The notes beneath the pieces were generated by a model. It was not told the DNA's origin and made no database searches. It saw only the letters and a program-made list of their open reading frames with translations. Shown here piece after piece: positions 1 to 12,769 of a stretch of 64,000 nucleotides of DNA. The stretch comes from Schmidtea polychroa. Its lineage: Eukaryota. Each line of letters starts with the position of its first letter. Within the stretch, counting starts at the first letter, position 1. The DNA is taken from assembly GCA_044892525.1 (NCBI GenBank), contig CM097885.1:32304001-32368000 (forward strand), in the 5' to 3' direction. The translations under genes were made by a program, and so were the position numbers.

Positions 1-117
1 CCCCCCCCCGGGGGGGGGGGGGGGGAAGGGGTTTGTTCCCAAATTTTTATTACGCAATTGTTCCCAACTCATTTTTTTGCTTTCAGGGATTTTTGGTCCA
101 AATTTTTTTTTATCACC

Positions 118-1015
118 CTATAGTGAGGGGGTCTCGATGGTCCTAGGATTTTCAATACAAAAAATTTTTTTCAATACAAAAATCCGACTATCAATAAAAA
201 AGCATAGAATTTTCAGACTATAGTGAGGGGGTCTCGATGGTCCTGGGATTTTCAATACAAAAAATTTTTTTCAATACAAAAAGCTGGTCTACACTAAAAA
301 AGCCAAGGAATTTTCAGACTATAGTGAGGGGGTCTCGATGGTCCTGGGATTTTCAATACAAATTAAATTTTTCAATACAAAAATCCGACTATCAATAAAA
401 AAGTCAAGGATTTATCATACTATAGTGAGAGGGTCTCGATGGTCCTAGGATTTTCAATACAAATAAAATTTTTTCAATACAAAAACGATGGTCCTGGGAT
501 TTTCAATACAAAAAATTATTTTCTATACAAAAATCCGACTATCAATAAAAAAGCATGGAATTTTCAGACTATAGTGAGGGGGTCTCGATGGTCCTGGGAT
601 TTTCTATACAAAAATCCGACTATCAATAAAAAAGCATGGTAATTTAAGGTCTCAGGATATTTTCAATACAAAAAGCCGGTCTACACTAAAAAAGCCAAGG
701 ATTTTTCAGACTATAGTGAGGTGAGTCTCCTTGGTTCTGAGAAATAGGTGGTCTACACTAAAAAAAACGTGGTAATTTAAGGTCTCAGGATATTTTCAAT
801 ACAAAAATCCGACTACCACTAAAAAAGCCAAGGATTTTTCAGACTATAGTGAGGTGAGTCTTCAATAAAGAAGCATGGTAATTTAAGGTCTCAGGATATT
901 TTCAATACAAAAATCCGACTATCAATAAAAAAGCATGGATTTTTCGAATTAAATTGAGGTGGGTCTCCTTGGTCCTGAGAATTTCAATAGACAAAGGTGG
1001 TCTACACTAAAAAAC
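118..1015 (+). repeat. Subterminal modular repeat array (gactatagtgagggggtctcgatggtcctgggattttcaatacaaaaa units)
   Basis: About 10 shuffled copies of the same modules; mirrored at ~14680-15360 and present in the 59080-60664 element. Confidence 0.9.
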
Positions 1016-1019
1016 GTGG

Positions 1020-1800
1020 TAAATTTTTTAAAATTACAGTAAATTATGGGTCTAAAAATTGAATTACAGTAAATTATGGACTAAGATTTTTAAATTACAG
1101 TAAATTATGGTCCAAATTTTTCAATTAAAGTAAATTATGGTTCAAATTTTTCAAATAAGGTAATTATGGTCCTAAAAAATTAAATTACAGTAAATTATGG
1201 CTCAAATTTTTAAATTAAAGTAAATAATGGTTCTAAAAAATTAAATTAAAGTAAATTATGGCTCAAATTTTCAAATAAGGTAATAATGGTCCTAAAAAAT
1301 TAAATTAAAGTAAATTATGGTTCTAAAAATTAAATTATAGTAAATTATGGCTCAAATTTTTAAATTACAGTAAATTATGGTCCTAAAAAATTAAATTAAA
1401 GTAAATTATGGCTCAAATTTTTCAATTACAGTAAATAATGGTTCTAAAAATTGAATTAAAGTAAATTATGGTCCAAATTTTTGAATTAAAGTAAATTATG
1501 GTTCTAAAAATTAAATTAAAAGTAAATTATGGTTCTAAATTTTTCAATTACAGTAAATTATGGTCCAAATTTTGAATTACAGTAAATTATGGTTCTAAAA
1601 ATTAAATTAAAGTAAATTATGGTCCAAATTTTAAAATTAAAGTAAAATTAGGTTCTAAAAATTAAATTAAAGTTAATTAAGGTCCAAATTTTTAATTTAA
1701 GTAATCAATGGTAAAAAATTTTAAATAAGTAAATTAAAGTAATAATTTTTAAATTAAGTAATCAATGGTAAAAAATTTTAAATAAGTAAATTAAAGTAAG
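1020..1800 (+). repeat. ~30-bp tandem minisatellite (aaattacagtaaattatggtccaaatttt)
   Basis: More than 20 degenerate tandem units; mirrored at ~14100-14675. Confidence 0.9.
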
Positions 1801-2009
1801 ATTTTAAAATTTATTAACAAAAAGTTGAAGGTGTTTGAGAATTGAAATTTTTTAATGAAAATTTTTATGGAATAATTTTTTAAGTAATTTTTAATGGAAA
1901 TTTTTATGAAATATTTTTCAATGATAATTTTAGATGGAAATTTTTAAGATAATTTTTAATGAAAATTTTTATGAAATATTTTTCAAAGACAAATTTTAAT
2001 AATAATTCA

Positions 2010-3200
2010 ACAACAAACCAACAACTTAGTACCAACAACCAGTAACTTATGAACATGTATTAACAACCAGATACCTACAACTAGTTACTAACAACCAGTT
2101 ACCTGATACCAGATACCTACAACTAGATACCTACAACTAGTTACCTGATACCAACTACTAACAACCACCTACCCATTAACTAGCTACAACCAGCTAACAA
2201 CTAGCTACCACCTAGCAAGTACTAACAACCACCATCAACCCGGTACTAAGCATTATTAACCAACTACCAAGTACTTACAACAAGTTACTAACAACCAGTT
2301 ACCTGATACCAAGTACCTACAACTAGATACCACGTACTAAATAACTCTCAAACAACCAAGTACCTACAACTAATTACCAGATACCAAGTACTATCAACCA
2401 GCTAACAACCTGATACCAACAACTAACAACCAACTACCAAGTACTTACAACTAGTTACTAACAACCAGTTACCTGATACCAAGTACCTACAACTAGATAC
2501 CACGTACTAAATCACTCTCAAACAACCAAGTACCTACAACTAATTACCAGATACCAAGTACTATCAACCAGCTAACAACCTGATACCAACTACTCACAAC
2601 CAGATAACAACTAACAACCAGATACCAAGTACTTACAACTAGTTACTAACAACTAGCTACCAACTACTAAGTACTAACAACCAACATCAACCAGGTACTA
2701 AGCATTATCAACCAAGTACTAACAACTAGATACCTAGTTACTAACAACCCGCTAACAACTAACAACTAGATACCAAGTACCAGTAAATTACGAACATGTA
2801 TTAACAACCAGATACCTACAACTAGTTACTAACAACTAGTTACCTGATAGCAACCAACTAGCTACCAACTACTAAGTACCTACAACCAACATCAACCAGG
2901 TACTAAGCATTAATTACCAACTACTAAGTACCTACAACCAACTAACAACCACCTACCAAGTACTAAGCATTATCAACCAACTACTAAGTACCTACAACCA
3001 ACTAGCTACCACCTACCAAGTACTAACAACCAGTTACCAACTACTAAGCATTAATTACCTACAACTAGTTACTAACAACTAGATACCAAGTACATACAAC
3101 CAGACACTAAGCATTATCAACCAAGTACTAACAACCAAGTAACTTGCCTAGTATTAAGCACTGTCAACTAGATACCAAACACTTACAACCAGATGACCAC
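2010..3200 (+). repeat. C/A-rich, strand-skewed modular repeat (caactagttactaacaacc..., gataccaagtac...)
   Basis: G-poor shuffled short modules, including a ~170-bp internal direct duplication (~2260-2420 and ~2430-2590); mirrored at ~13060-13790. Confidence 0.85.
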
Positions 3201-3506
3201 ATGAAATTATTGGTTAAATATGAAAATAAGGATTATATTTAGTTGTTAAGTAAATTATGGTGTAAAATTAAGAAATAAAGAATAATTAGGTAAATTAAGG
3301 ATAAGTAAATTAAAGTTAAAAATTTTAAATTAAAGAAAACAATGGTTCAAAATTTAAAATTAAGTATCCAATGGTTCAAATTTTAAATTAAAGCTAAATA
3401 AGTAAATTAAAGTAAGATTTTTAAATTTATTATCAAAAGATTGAATAACCACCAACTTTTTTGAGAAATGTAATTTATAATGAAAATTTAAATGGAAATT
3501 TAAATG

Positions 3507-3558
<52 letters not shown>

Positions 3559-6500
3559 TACTAATAATTCAACAGTTACCAACAATCGGTTACTGATTAT
3601 TTTTTAACTAGGTGCTAACAAATACTTACACCATGATACCACGTACTAACTAACTCTCAAACAACCAGATACTTACAACTAACTACTAAATATTCTTTTT
3701 TGTATTTTATGAAATGCTTTTTAAATTAATTTTTTATCTATCTTCAAAAATATATTTAATTACAATCATTAGAAAAACCTTTTCAAATTTAACAAAAATG
3801 TTGATTTTCATCAAAAAACCACAACTCATCACCACTTGGAATTCAAAATAATTTTAATTACAATGAAAGACTAATGAATTCTAATTTACAAAACATTCTT
3901 CTTTTAAATGATAACTTATTATTGCAATGTAAAAATCGCATTCAATAAATACTTATTGTTGATCAGTTTTATTATATATACTCTGAGTTTATCCGACAGG
4001 ATGTTTTGACCCCCTAAGGGTACAGGTCGTAAGGGTACTAGTCGTAGGGGTATTGGTAACACTCAACCCCCATCTACCCATTAACCACCTAACAAGTACC
4101 AACAACCAAGTCTCAAACAACTAAATACTAAACACTAACAACCAACAACAACCAGGTACTAAGCATTATCAACCTACAACTATATAACAACAATCAGTAA
4201 ACAACACTGTACCAACTACCAAATACAAGAAACCAACAACTTAGTACCAACAATCAACTAACAACACATAAAAATAATAGCAATTAAATAAAAAAAATTA
4301 TTCTTCATCGCATACACTATTTTCTTATCAAAATCTAAAAAGTCAACCAACTACTTACAACCAACAACTATGTACTAACAAATTGATCTTTAAAAGCAAA
4401 TACTCATCACTTGAAAAAATTAGATGAAAACTTAATTGAACTCAAGGCACTTTTAAGATATTTGAACTCAAGGCATCAATAACTTGGTAAAAATTGATTA
4501 AATTATTGTAAAAATTTAAATTATTCAAAATATACTAAATTAAAAAAATATAATTAATGGACAAGAAAGAACTTTAAATTCTAGTCATTGATCATTTAAG
4601 TTAATATGAATCAACTAAGATAATAAATTAATAAGAATTTTGAAATAAGATCTAGTAGATAATTGATTTAGATTGAATAAATTAATTGAAATAAAATTAA
4701 TTTTAATTATTATTTTTTTAAAAGTAATACATGTACTCAAATTGATTGACTGATTTCTCAATATATTCAAAAAATCTGTATGAATTCATTACAATTATCA
4801 AATTCAGCAATCTACAATAAAAATAATTATCATTAAATTTCAAAAGAGACTAGAAAACTAATGATAAAATCTATCAAACCAGTAAATTCATTTAAATGAC
4901 AATAATTGGTATATCCAAGTGAATTCTCTAATAAAATCATCTAAAAAGCATCAAATTTCCCTGAAATATCTATATCTTTTAAGATTAGTATCTTATCGAT
5001 AAGTACTTGTTAAAGATCATATATTCACCTCAAACTAACAAGATTCCTTAAAATCCCTTAAATGACTATATTTCAACCCTTAATTCGTATTATTACAAAT
5101 ATCATTTAAAAAGCATCAAATTTCATTGAAATAACTCTATCCTTAAAGATTGATATTTTAATGACAAGTACCCTTAAAAGGTTATATATTTACCTCAGAC
5201 TAATAAGATTGCTTAAAATCCCTTAAATGACTATAATTCTAACTTTAATTCTTATTATCACGAATATTTCCCTATAAAACATGTAAAATCATTAACCCTA
5301 AATAATTTATAAAATCTAATGATAAAACTGGTTATAATTAATTTTTTGTTAATCACTGTACTCGATATTTTAAATAAATATTACTACAATATAACTGACT
5401 AGGTCCCATTGAAAGATTAAATTTATCCATTCAATAAAATATATTTCTTCAAATGATCATTTTTACCAATATTCAACCTATTTAATTACTAATTAAAATC
5501 AAGATTTCTTCCAATAAAGATCAATTTTATTTAGTTGTTGTCGATGTTTTAAGTCCATATTTTTCAACTTTTGTCATTCTCCGCCTAAATAAAGATAAAA
5601 ATAAATTAAAGTTGAAGTCAATCCCAATTATCTATAAAGATTTCATTGTCAAAACCAAGTAAATCGGTCATTAACACTACGTAATAAAACCCTGGATAAT
5701 TAATAGAAAATTTAATAAAACATTGTTCTAAAACATAAATCTAAATTAATATACAATGGATTAATCACAACCTAATAAAACGATATAATTATTATTGATA
5801 CATAACTGACTAATTGACATTTCCCTTAAAACAATGATATTTTACCAACATCACCATTAAAAAAATCATATATTCCCATCTTAACCCATGTCTCATTAAA
5901 TTTAACCGACTATATTCCCATCTTAACCCATCCTTCATTAAATTCAATCGACTATATCTTCCTTACAATGATATATTCCCACCTTATCTGATCTCTCATT
6001 AAATCTAACCGACTACATCCCCTCAAAAGATCATATTTTCCCATCTTAACCCATCCTTCATTAAATTTAACCGATAATATCCCATCTTATCCGATCTCTC
6101 AGCAAATAATTCTACCCTTTTAAACATCTATCCGATTATATCCCTTATTTTCCCTAAAGATTCCGCCCACTTGAGCCCTTTAATATATATCAATCCTCTT
6201 AAAATCCTCAGAGAAATTCAAAAATATGACTTTTAATTAATTGTTATAGAACCAGACAAATAATAAGAGCCCATTAAAAGATCAAAATTCACTAAATTTT
6301 CTACAAATATTTACCATCAAATACTGGAGATGATATATATTGTTTGATCATAATTCTTCAGCTATTCAACCAATCATTTTCAAGCAATAACAGCAAACTA
6401 AATTTCAGTATATTCTACAATAATTATCAAGTAAATTTAAAGTCCTTGATAAAGTTAACTGGTTTCTTAGCTTATGTTTTTTAAAGTTCATCAATGAGTA

Positions 6501-7677
6501 AATTATTGAAAAAATTATTTAGTCAAATATATTACAAAGTTATCATCAAAAATCACTTAATTATTAACCTAATTGTCAATGAAATTAATTTTTATTTAAA
6601 AACTATTCAATAAAATACAACTAATTATGAAGAAATTAATTAAATTTATCAATTAAATTTATCAGTCAACATGAAAGTTTTAGAAAATTGTTCAATATCC
6701 TCATAAAAATTTATCATATCACTTGATTATTGTAAAAACTCTAATTATTAACCTCATTGAAAATAATTTTTATTTAAAAACTATTCAATAAAATACAACT
6801 AATTATCAAGAAATTAATTAAATTTATCTTAGAACTAACTTTAAATATTCATTCAATAAACATGAAATTCACAAGAATGATAAAAATCCACAAAATGATA
6901 GAAATTCACAAAAATAATAGAAATTCACAAAATTGATAAAAATCTGCAAAAATAATAGAAATTTACAAAAATCAAAGAAATTCACAAAATTGATAAAAAT
7001 TCACAAAAAAGATAGAAATTTACTTGAATAAAACCATCAACTCTAAAAATTATCAATACCTTAAACAACAAATTTGCCTAAATAACCATTCAAATAAAAG
7101 TATTAAAAGTACCCTTGCGACATGTTGAATGTGAGTAGTACCCTTGTGAGCAATACCCATAGGGGACAGAATATTTTGTCGGATAAACTCAGAGTATATA
7201 TTAATTAACTCATTCTTCATTGAATCATTAAAATTATCATAAATTTCGATAAAAATTCTAAAGTGGTAAGCAATGAAAAGAGAAATATTCTTTAAACTTT
7301 GATAAAATTAACAATGAAGGTGGTAAGAATCTTCATTAAAATGAGGAAATTACTCGATGATAAATTCAAATGGGTGAAAATAATTGGTAGAATAATTCAT
7401 TAATGGATCATTGAATGGGCATAGATAAGAAGAAGCTTGATAAGAATGGAAGTATATTAATTTATTTAAAATTATTTCATAAAATTCATAAATTTAATAA
7501 AAAAAACAAATATTTGTGAGGAATAATTAATCAAAATTGGTGGAATATAATTGATTAAATATCGAGGGTGGGGAATATAAGTGAATAATTAATGGAAAAT
7601 CGGGAATCGGGGGTAATATAGGGATTAAATAGTAGAGAATAATAGTGAATATAAGTGAGGAGGATATATAATTCAAG

Positions 7678-7755
7678 CTAGTTTATTACATAACAAGCCG
7701 TGACTAGTTTATTACATAACAAGCCGCAACTAATTTATTACATAACAAGCTGTGA
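7678..7755 (+). repeat. Three 26-bp tandem repeats at the inner end of the arm
   Basis: ctagtttattacataacaagccgtga x3 (degenerate); mirrored at ~8775-8852. Confidence 0.9.
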
Positions 7756-7760
7756 ATGGT

Positions 7761-8769
7761 ATTTTACCAACATTTTACTAAATTTTTAAAATATGTAATT
7801 TAATTTTAATTATATTTTAAAATTGTATATATTTTCAATATCATTCTATTGTTTTATTCCAATAGTAAGTTTAAAAAGTATATAATGATTATTAAATTAA
7901 TATCTTGTTAACATTTATTTGAGAATTTAAAAAACTTTACTTAAAATTTGTGAAGTATTTAATTTTGATTGTATTTTATAAGATATATATTCGAGTATTA
8001 GCTTATTTTGATTGAAGTTTCATATTTAATATTATGATGATTGTTTTCTAAATATTTTAGTGTAAAATAGTAAATTTAATAATAAATAGAATACAATATT
8101 AAAAGACCTTATGAAAAAAAGAGTAACTTTTAATATCTAATCAATAAGTTTTAAAAGTCTATAACTGATAATACACTAATTTCTTATTTACATTTACTTA
8201 TAAAATTTATATTTTTAAATTTAGTGTAAAAGTATTTAATTTTTATTGTAATTTATAAAAATCATCTATTTGAATAGTTATCTTATTTTGATTAAAAGGG
8301 TAATATAATTAATAATATGATAATTGTTTTTGAAATATTTAACGTAAAATAATAAATTTATTAATAAATAGCTATTATTACAATATTAAAGGACTTAGTC
8401 ATAATTTTGAAAAAAAAATAACCAAAGTAACTTTTTATTTCTATTACATAATTCCGTCAATAAGTTTAAGTCTATACCCGGTAAAAATTAAATTATTATT
8501 TACATTATTCGAGAATTTGAAAAACTTATAAAATTTATATTTTTAAAATTTAATTTTGATTGTATTTTCTAAGATATATATATTTGAATATTCAACTTAT
8601 TTTGAATGAAAAGGGTAATATATATATATATTATTTTCTTTTATGATAATTGTTTTTGAAATACATAATGTAAATTAAAACATTTTAGTATTAATTAGTT
8701 ATTATTTTAGAATTTATTTTAGTCAAAAATTTAATAAAATAAGACCTATTCCTTATTTCTTATTCAAAA
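7761..8769. repeat. Central spacer of the fold-back, built from ~3 diverged ~290-bp direct repeats
   Basis: taagtt..aaagt.tata..., ttattttgattgaa... and tgat.attgtttt..aaata motifs recur in units starting at ~7866, ~8145 and ~8461. Confidence 0.7.
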
Positions 8770-11700
8770 ACCATTCACAGCTTGTTATGTAATAAATTAG
8801 TTGCGGCTTGTTATGTAATAAACTAGTCACGGCTTGTTATGTAATAAACTAGCTTAAATTATATATCCTCCTCACTTATATTCACTATTATTCTCTACTA
8901 TTTAATCCCTATATTACCCCCGATTCCCGATTTTCCATTAATTATTCACTTATATTCCCCACCCTCGATATTTAATCAATTATATTCCACCAATTTTGAT
9001 TAATTATTCCTCACAAATATTTGTTTTTTTTATTAAATTTATGAATTTTATGAAATAATTTTAAATAAATTAATATACTTCCATTCTTATCAAGCTTCTT
9101 CTTATCTATGCCCATTCAATGATCCATTAATGAATTATTCTACCAATTATTTTCACCCATTTGAATTTATCATCGAGTAATTTCCTCATTTTAATGAAGA
9201 TTCTTACCACCTTCATTGTTAATTTTATCAAAGTTTAAAGAATATTTCTCTTTTCATTGCTTACCACTTTAGAATTTTTATCGAAATTTATGATAATTTT
9301 AATGATTCAATGAAGAATGAGTTAATTAATATATACTCTGAGTTTATCCGACAAAATATTCTGTCCCCTATGGGTATTGCTCACAAGGGTACTACTCACA
9401 TTCAACATGTCGCAAGGGTACTTTTAATACTTTTATTTGAATGGTTATTTAGGCAAATTTGTTGTTTAAGGTATTGATAATTTTTAGAGTTGATGGTTTT
9501 ATTCAAGTAAATTTCTATCTTTTTTGTGAATTTTTATCAATTTTGTGAATTTCTTTGATTTTTGTAAATTTCTATTATTTTTGCAGATTTTTATCAATTT
9601 TGTGAATTTCTATTATTTTTGTGAATTTCTATCATTTTGTGGATTTTTATCATTCTTGTGAATTTCATGTTTATTGAATGAATATTTAAAGTTAGTTCTA
9701 AGATAAATTTAATTAATTTCTTGATAATTAGTTGTATTTTATTGAATAGTTTTTAAATAAAAATTATTTTCAATGAGGTTAATAATTAGAGTTTTTACAA
9801 TAATCAAGTGATATGATAAATTTTTATGAGGATATTGAACAATTTTCTAAAACTTTCATGTTGACTGATAAATTTAATTGATAAATTTAATTAATTTCTT
9901 CATAATTAGTTGTATTTTATTGAATAGTTTTTAAATAAAAATTAATTTCATTGACAATTAGGTTAATAATTAAGTGATTTTTGATGATAACTTTGTAATA
10001 TATTTGACTAAATAATTTTTTCAATAATTTACTCATTGATGAACTTTAAAAAACATAAGCTAAGAAACCAGTTAACTTTATCAAGGACTTTAAATTTACT
10101 TGATAATTATTGTAGAATATACTGAAATTTAGTTTGCTGTTATTGCTTGAAAATGATTGGTTGAATAGCTGAAGAATTATGATCAAACAATATATATCAT
10201 CTCCAGTATTTGATGGTAAATATTTGTAGAAAATTTAGTGAATTTTGATCTTTTAATGGGCTCTTATTATTTGTCTGGTTCTATAACAATTAATTAAAAG
10301 TCATATTTTTGAATTTCTCTGAGGATTTTAAGAGGATTGATATATATTAAAGGGCTCAAGTGGGCGGAATCTTTAGGGAAAATAAGGGATATAATCGGAT
10401 AGATGTTTAAAAGGGTAGAATTATTTGCTGAGAGATCGGATAAGATGGGATATTATCGGTTAAATTTAATGAAGGATGGGTTAAGATGGGAAAATATGAT
10501 CTTTTGAGGGGATGTAGTCGGTTAGATTTAATGAGAGATCAGATAAGGTGGGAATATATCATTGTAAGGAAGATATAGTCGGTTGACTTTAATAAGAGAT
10601 CGGATAAGATGGGAAAATATAATCTTTTAAGGAAGACATAGTCGATTGAATTTATGTTTTTTTAATGTTGATGTTGGTAAAATATCATTGTTTTAAGGGA
10701 AATGTCAATTAGTCAGTTATGTATCAATAATAATTATATCGTTTTATTAGGTTGTGATTAATTCATTGTATATTAATTTAAATTTATGTTTTAGAACAAT
10801 GTTCGATTAAGTAAGGATAATGATCGATTTACTTGGTTTTGACGATGAAAACCTTACAGATAAATGGGATTGATATCAACTTTAAATTATTTTTATCTTT
10901 ATTTAGGTGGACAACGACAAAATATATTTTATTGAATGGATAAATTTAATCTTTTAATGGGACCTAGTCAGTTATATTTATTTTAAATTTCGAGTACAGT
11001 GATTAACAAAAAGTTAATTATAACCGGTTTTATCATTAGATTTTATCAATTATTTAGGGTTAATGACCAAATTATTTTACATGTTTTATAATATTCGTGA
11101 TAATAGGAATTAAAGTCATTTAAAGGGGATTTTAAGCAATCTTATTAGTCTGAGGTAAATATATAACCTTTTAAGGATATTTATCGATAAAATACTAATC
11201 TTTAAAGATAGTTATTTCAGGGAAATTTGATGCTTTTTAGATGATTTTAGTGAAATATTTGTAATAATATGGATTAAGGGTAGAAATATAGTCATTTAAG
11301 GGATTTTAAGGAATCTTATTAGTTTGATGAGAATATATGATCTTTAACAAGTATTTATCATTACAAGACCAATCTTTAAATATTGATATATTTAGGGATT
11401 TTATTAGAGAATTCACTTGGATATACCAATTATTGCCATTTAAATGAATTTACTGGTTTGTTAGATGTTATCATTAGTTATCTAGTCTCTTTTGGAATTT
11501 AATGATAATTATTTTTATTGTAGATTGCTGACTTTGATAATTGTAATGAATTTATACTGATTTTTTGAATATATTGAGAAATCAGTCAATCAATTTGAGT
11601 ACATGTATTACTTTTACAAAAATAATTAAAATTAATTTTATTCAATCTAAATCTAGATCTTATTTCAAAACTTTTATTAATTTATTATCTTAGTTGATTC

Positions 11701-12714
11701 AACTTGAATGATCAGTATTTTTTTTATTTACTGGATGATTAATGATTAGAATTTTTTCCTGTCCATTAATTAAATTTTTATGATATTTATTTTGAATAAT
11801 TTAAATTTTTACAATAATTTAATCAAATTTTACCTAGTTATTGATGCCTTGAGTTCAAATAATTTTCCATCTAATTTTTCAAGTGATGAGTATTTGCTTT
11901 TAAAGATCAATTTGTTAGTACATAGTTGTTGGTTGTAAGTAGTTGGTTGACTTTTTAGATTTTGATAAGAAAATAGTGTATGCGATGAAGAATAATTTTT
12001 TTTATTTAATTGCTATTATTTTTATGTGTTGTTAGTTGATTGTTGGTACTAAGTTGTTGGTTTCTTGTATTTGGTAGTTGGTACAGTGTTGTTTACTGAT
12101 TGTTGTTATATAGTTGTAGGTTGTTAGTACTTGGTATCTAGTACCTGGTTGTTGTTAGTTGTTAGTACTTGGTAGCTAGTTAATGGGTAGATGGGGGTTG
12201 AGTGTTACCAATACCCCTACGACTAGTACCCTTCCGACTAATACCCTTACGACCAGTACCCTTACGACCTGTACCTATTTGTTAGCACCTGTCGGATAAA
12301 CTCAGAGTATATATAATAAAACTGATCAACAATAAGTATTTATTGAATGCGATTTTTACTTTGCAATAATAAGTTATCATTTAAAAGAAGAATGTTTTGT
12401 AAATTAGAATTCATTAGTCTTTCATTGTAATTATTTTGAATTCCAAGTGGTGATGAGTTGTGGTTTTTTGATGAAAATCATCATTTTTGTTAAATTTGAA
12501 AAGGTTTTTCTAATGATTGTAATTAAATATATTTTTGAAGATAGATAAAAAATTAATTTAAAAAGCATTTCATAAAATACAGTGAAGAATATTTAGTAGT
12601 TAGTTGTAAGTATCTGGTTGTTTGAGAGTTAGTTAGTACGTGGTATCATGTTGTAAGTATTTGTTAGCACCTAGTTTAAAAAATAATCAGTAACCGATTG
12701 TTGGTAACTGTTGA

Positions 12715-12769
<55 letters not shown>

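Larger units (their letters stand above)
1..7760 (+). repeat. Left arm of giant inverted repeat
   Basis: Inner boundary ...cataacaagctgtgaatggt (7760) pairs with accattcacagcttgttatg (8770). Confidence 0.92.

Noticed and set aside
439..642. 67-aa ORF and its mirror at 15054-15443
   Set aside because: Translations of the subterminal repeat modules; repetitive peptide with no domain.
118..1015. CTATAGTGAG (T7-promoter-like) and GGTCTC (BsaI) motifs suggesting vector contamination
   Set aside because: Only a partial T7 match, present in many degenerate copies and in a diverged relative at 59-60 kb, so it is a natural repeat.
2010..3200. Telomeric repeat tract
   Set aside because: C/A-skewed but made of heterogeneous modules; no TTAGGG/TTAGG-type array, and it is interstitial.
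7678..7755. CRISPR-like short repeats
   Set aside because: Contiguous tandem units with no unique spacers, no cas genes, eukaryotic context.
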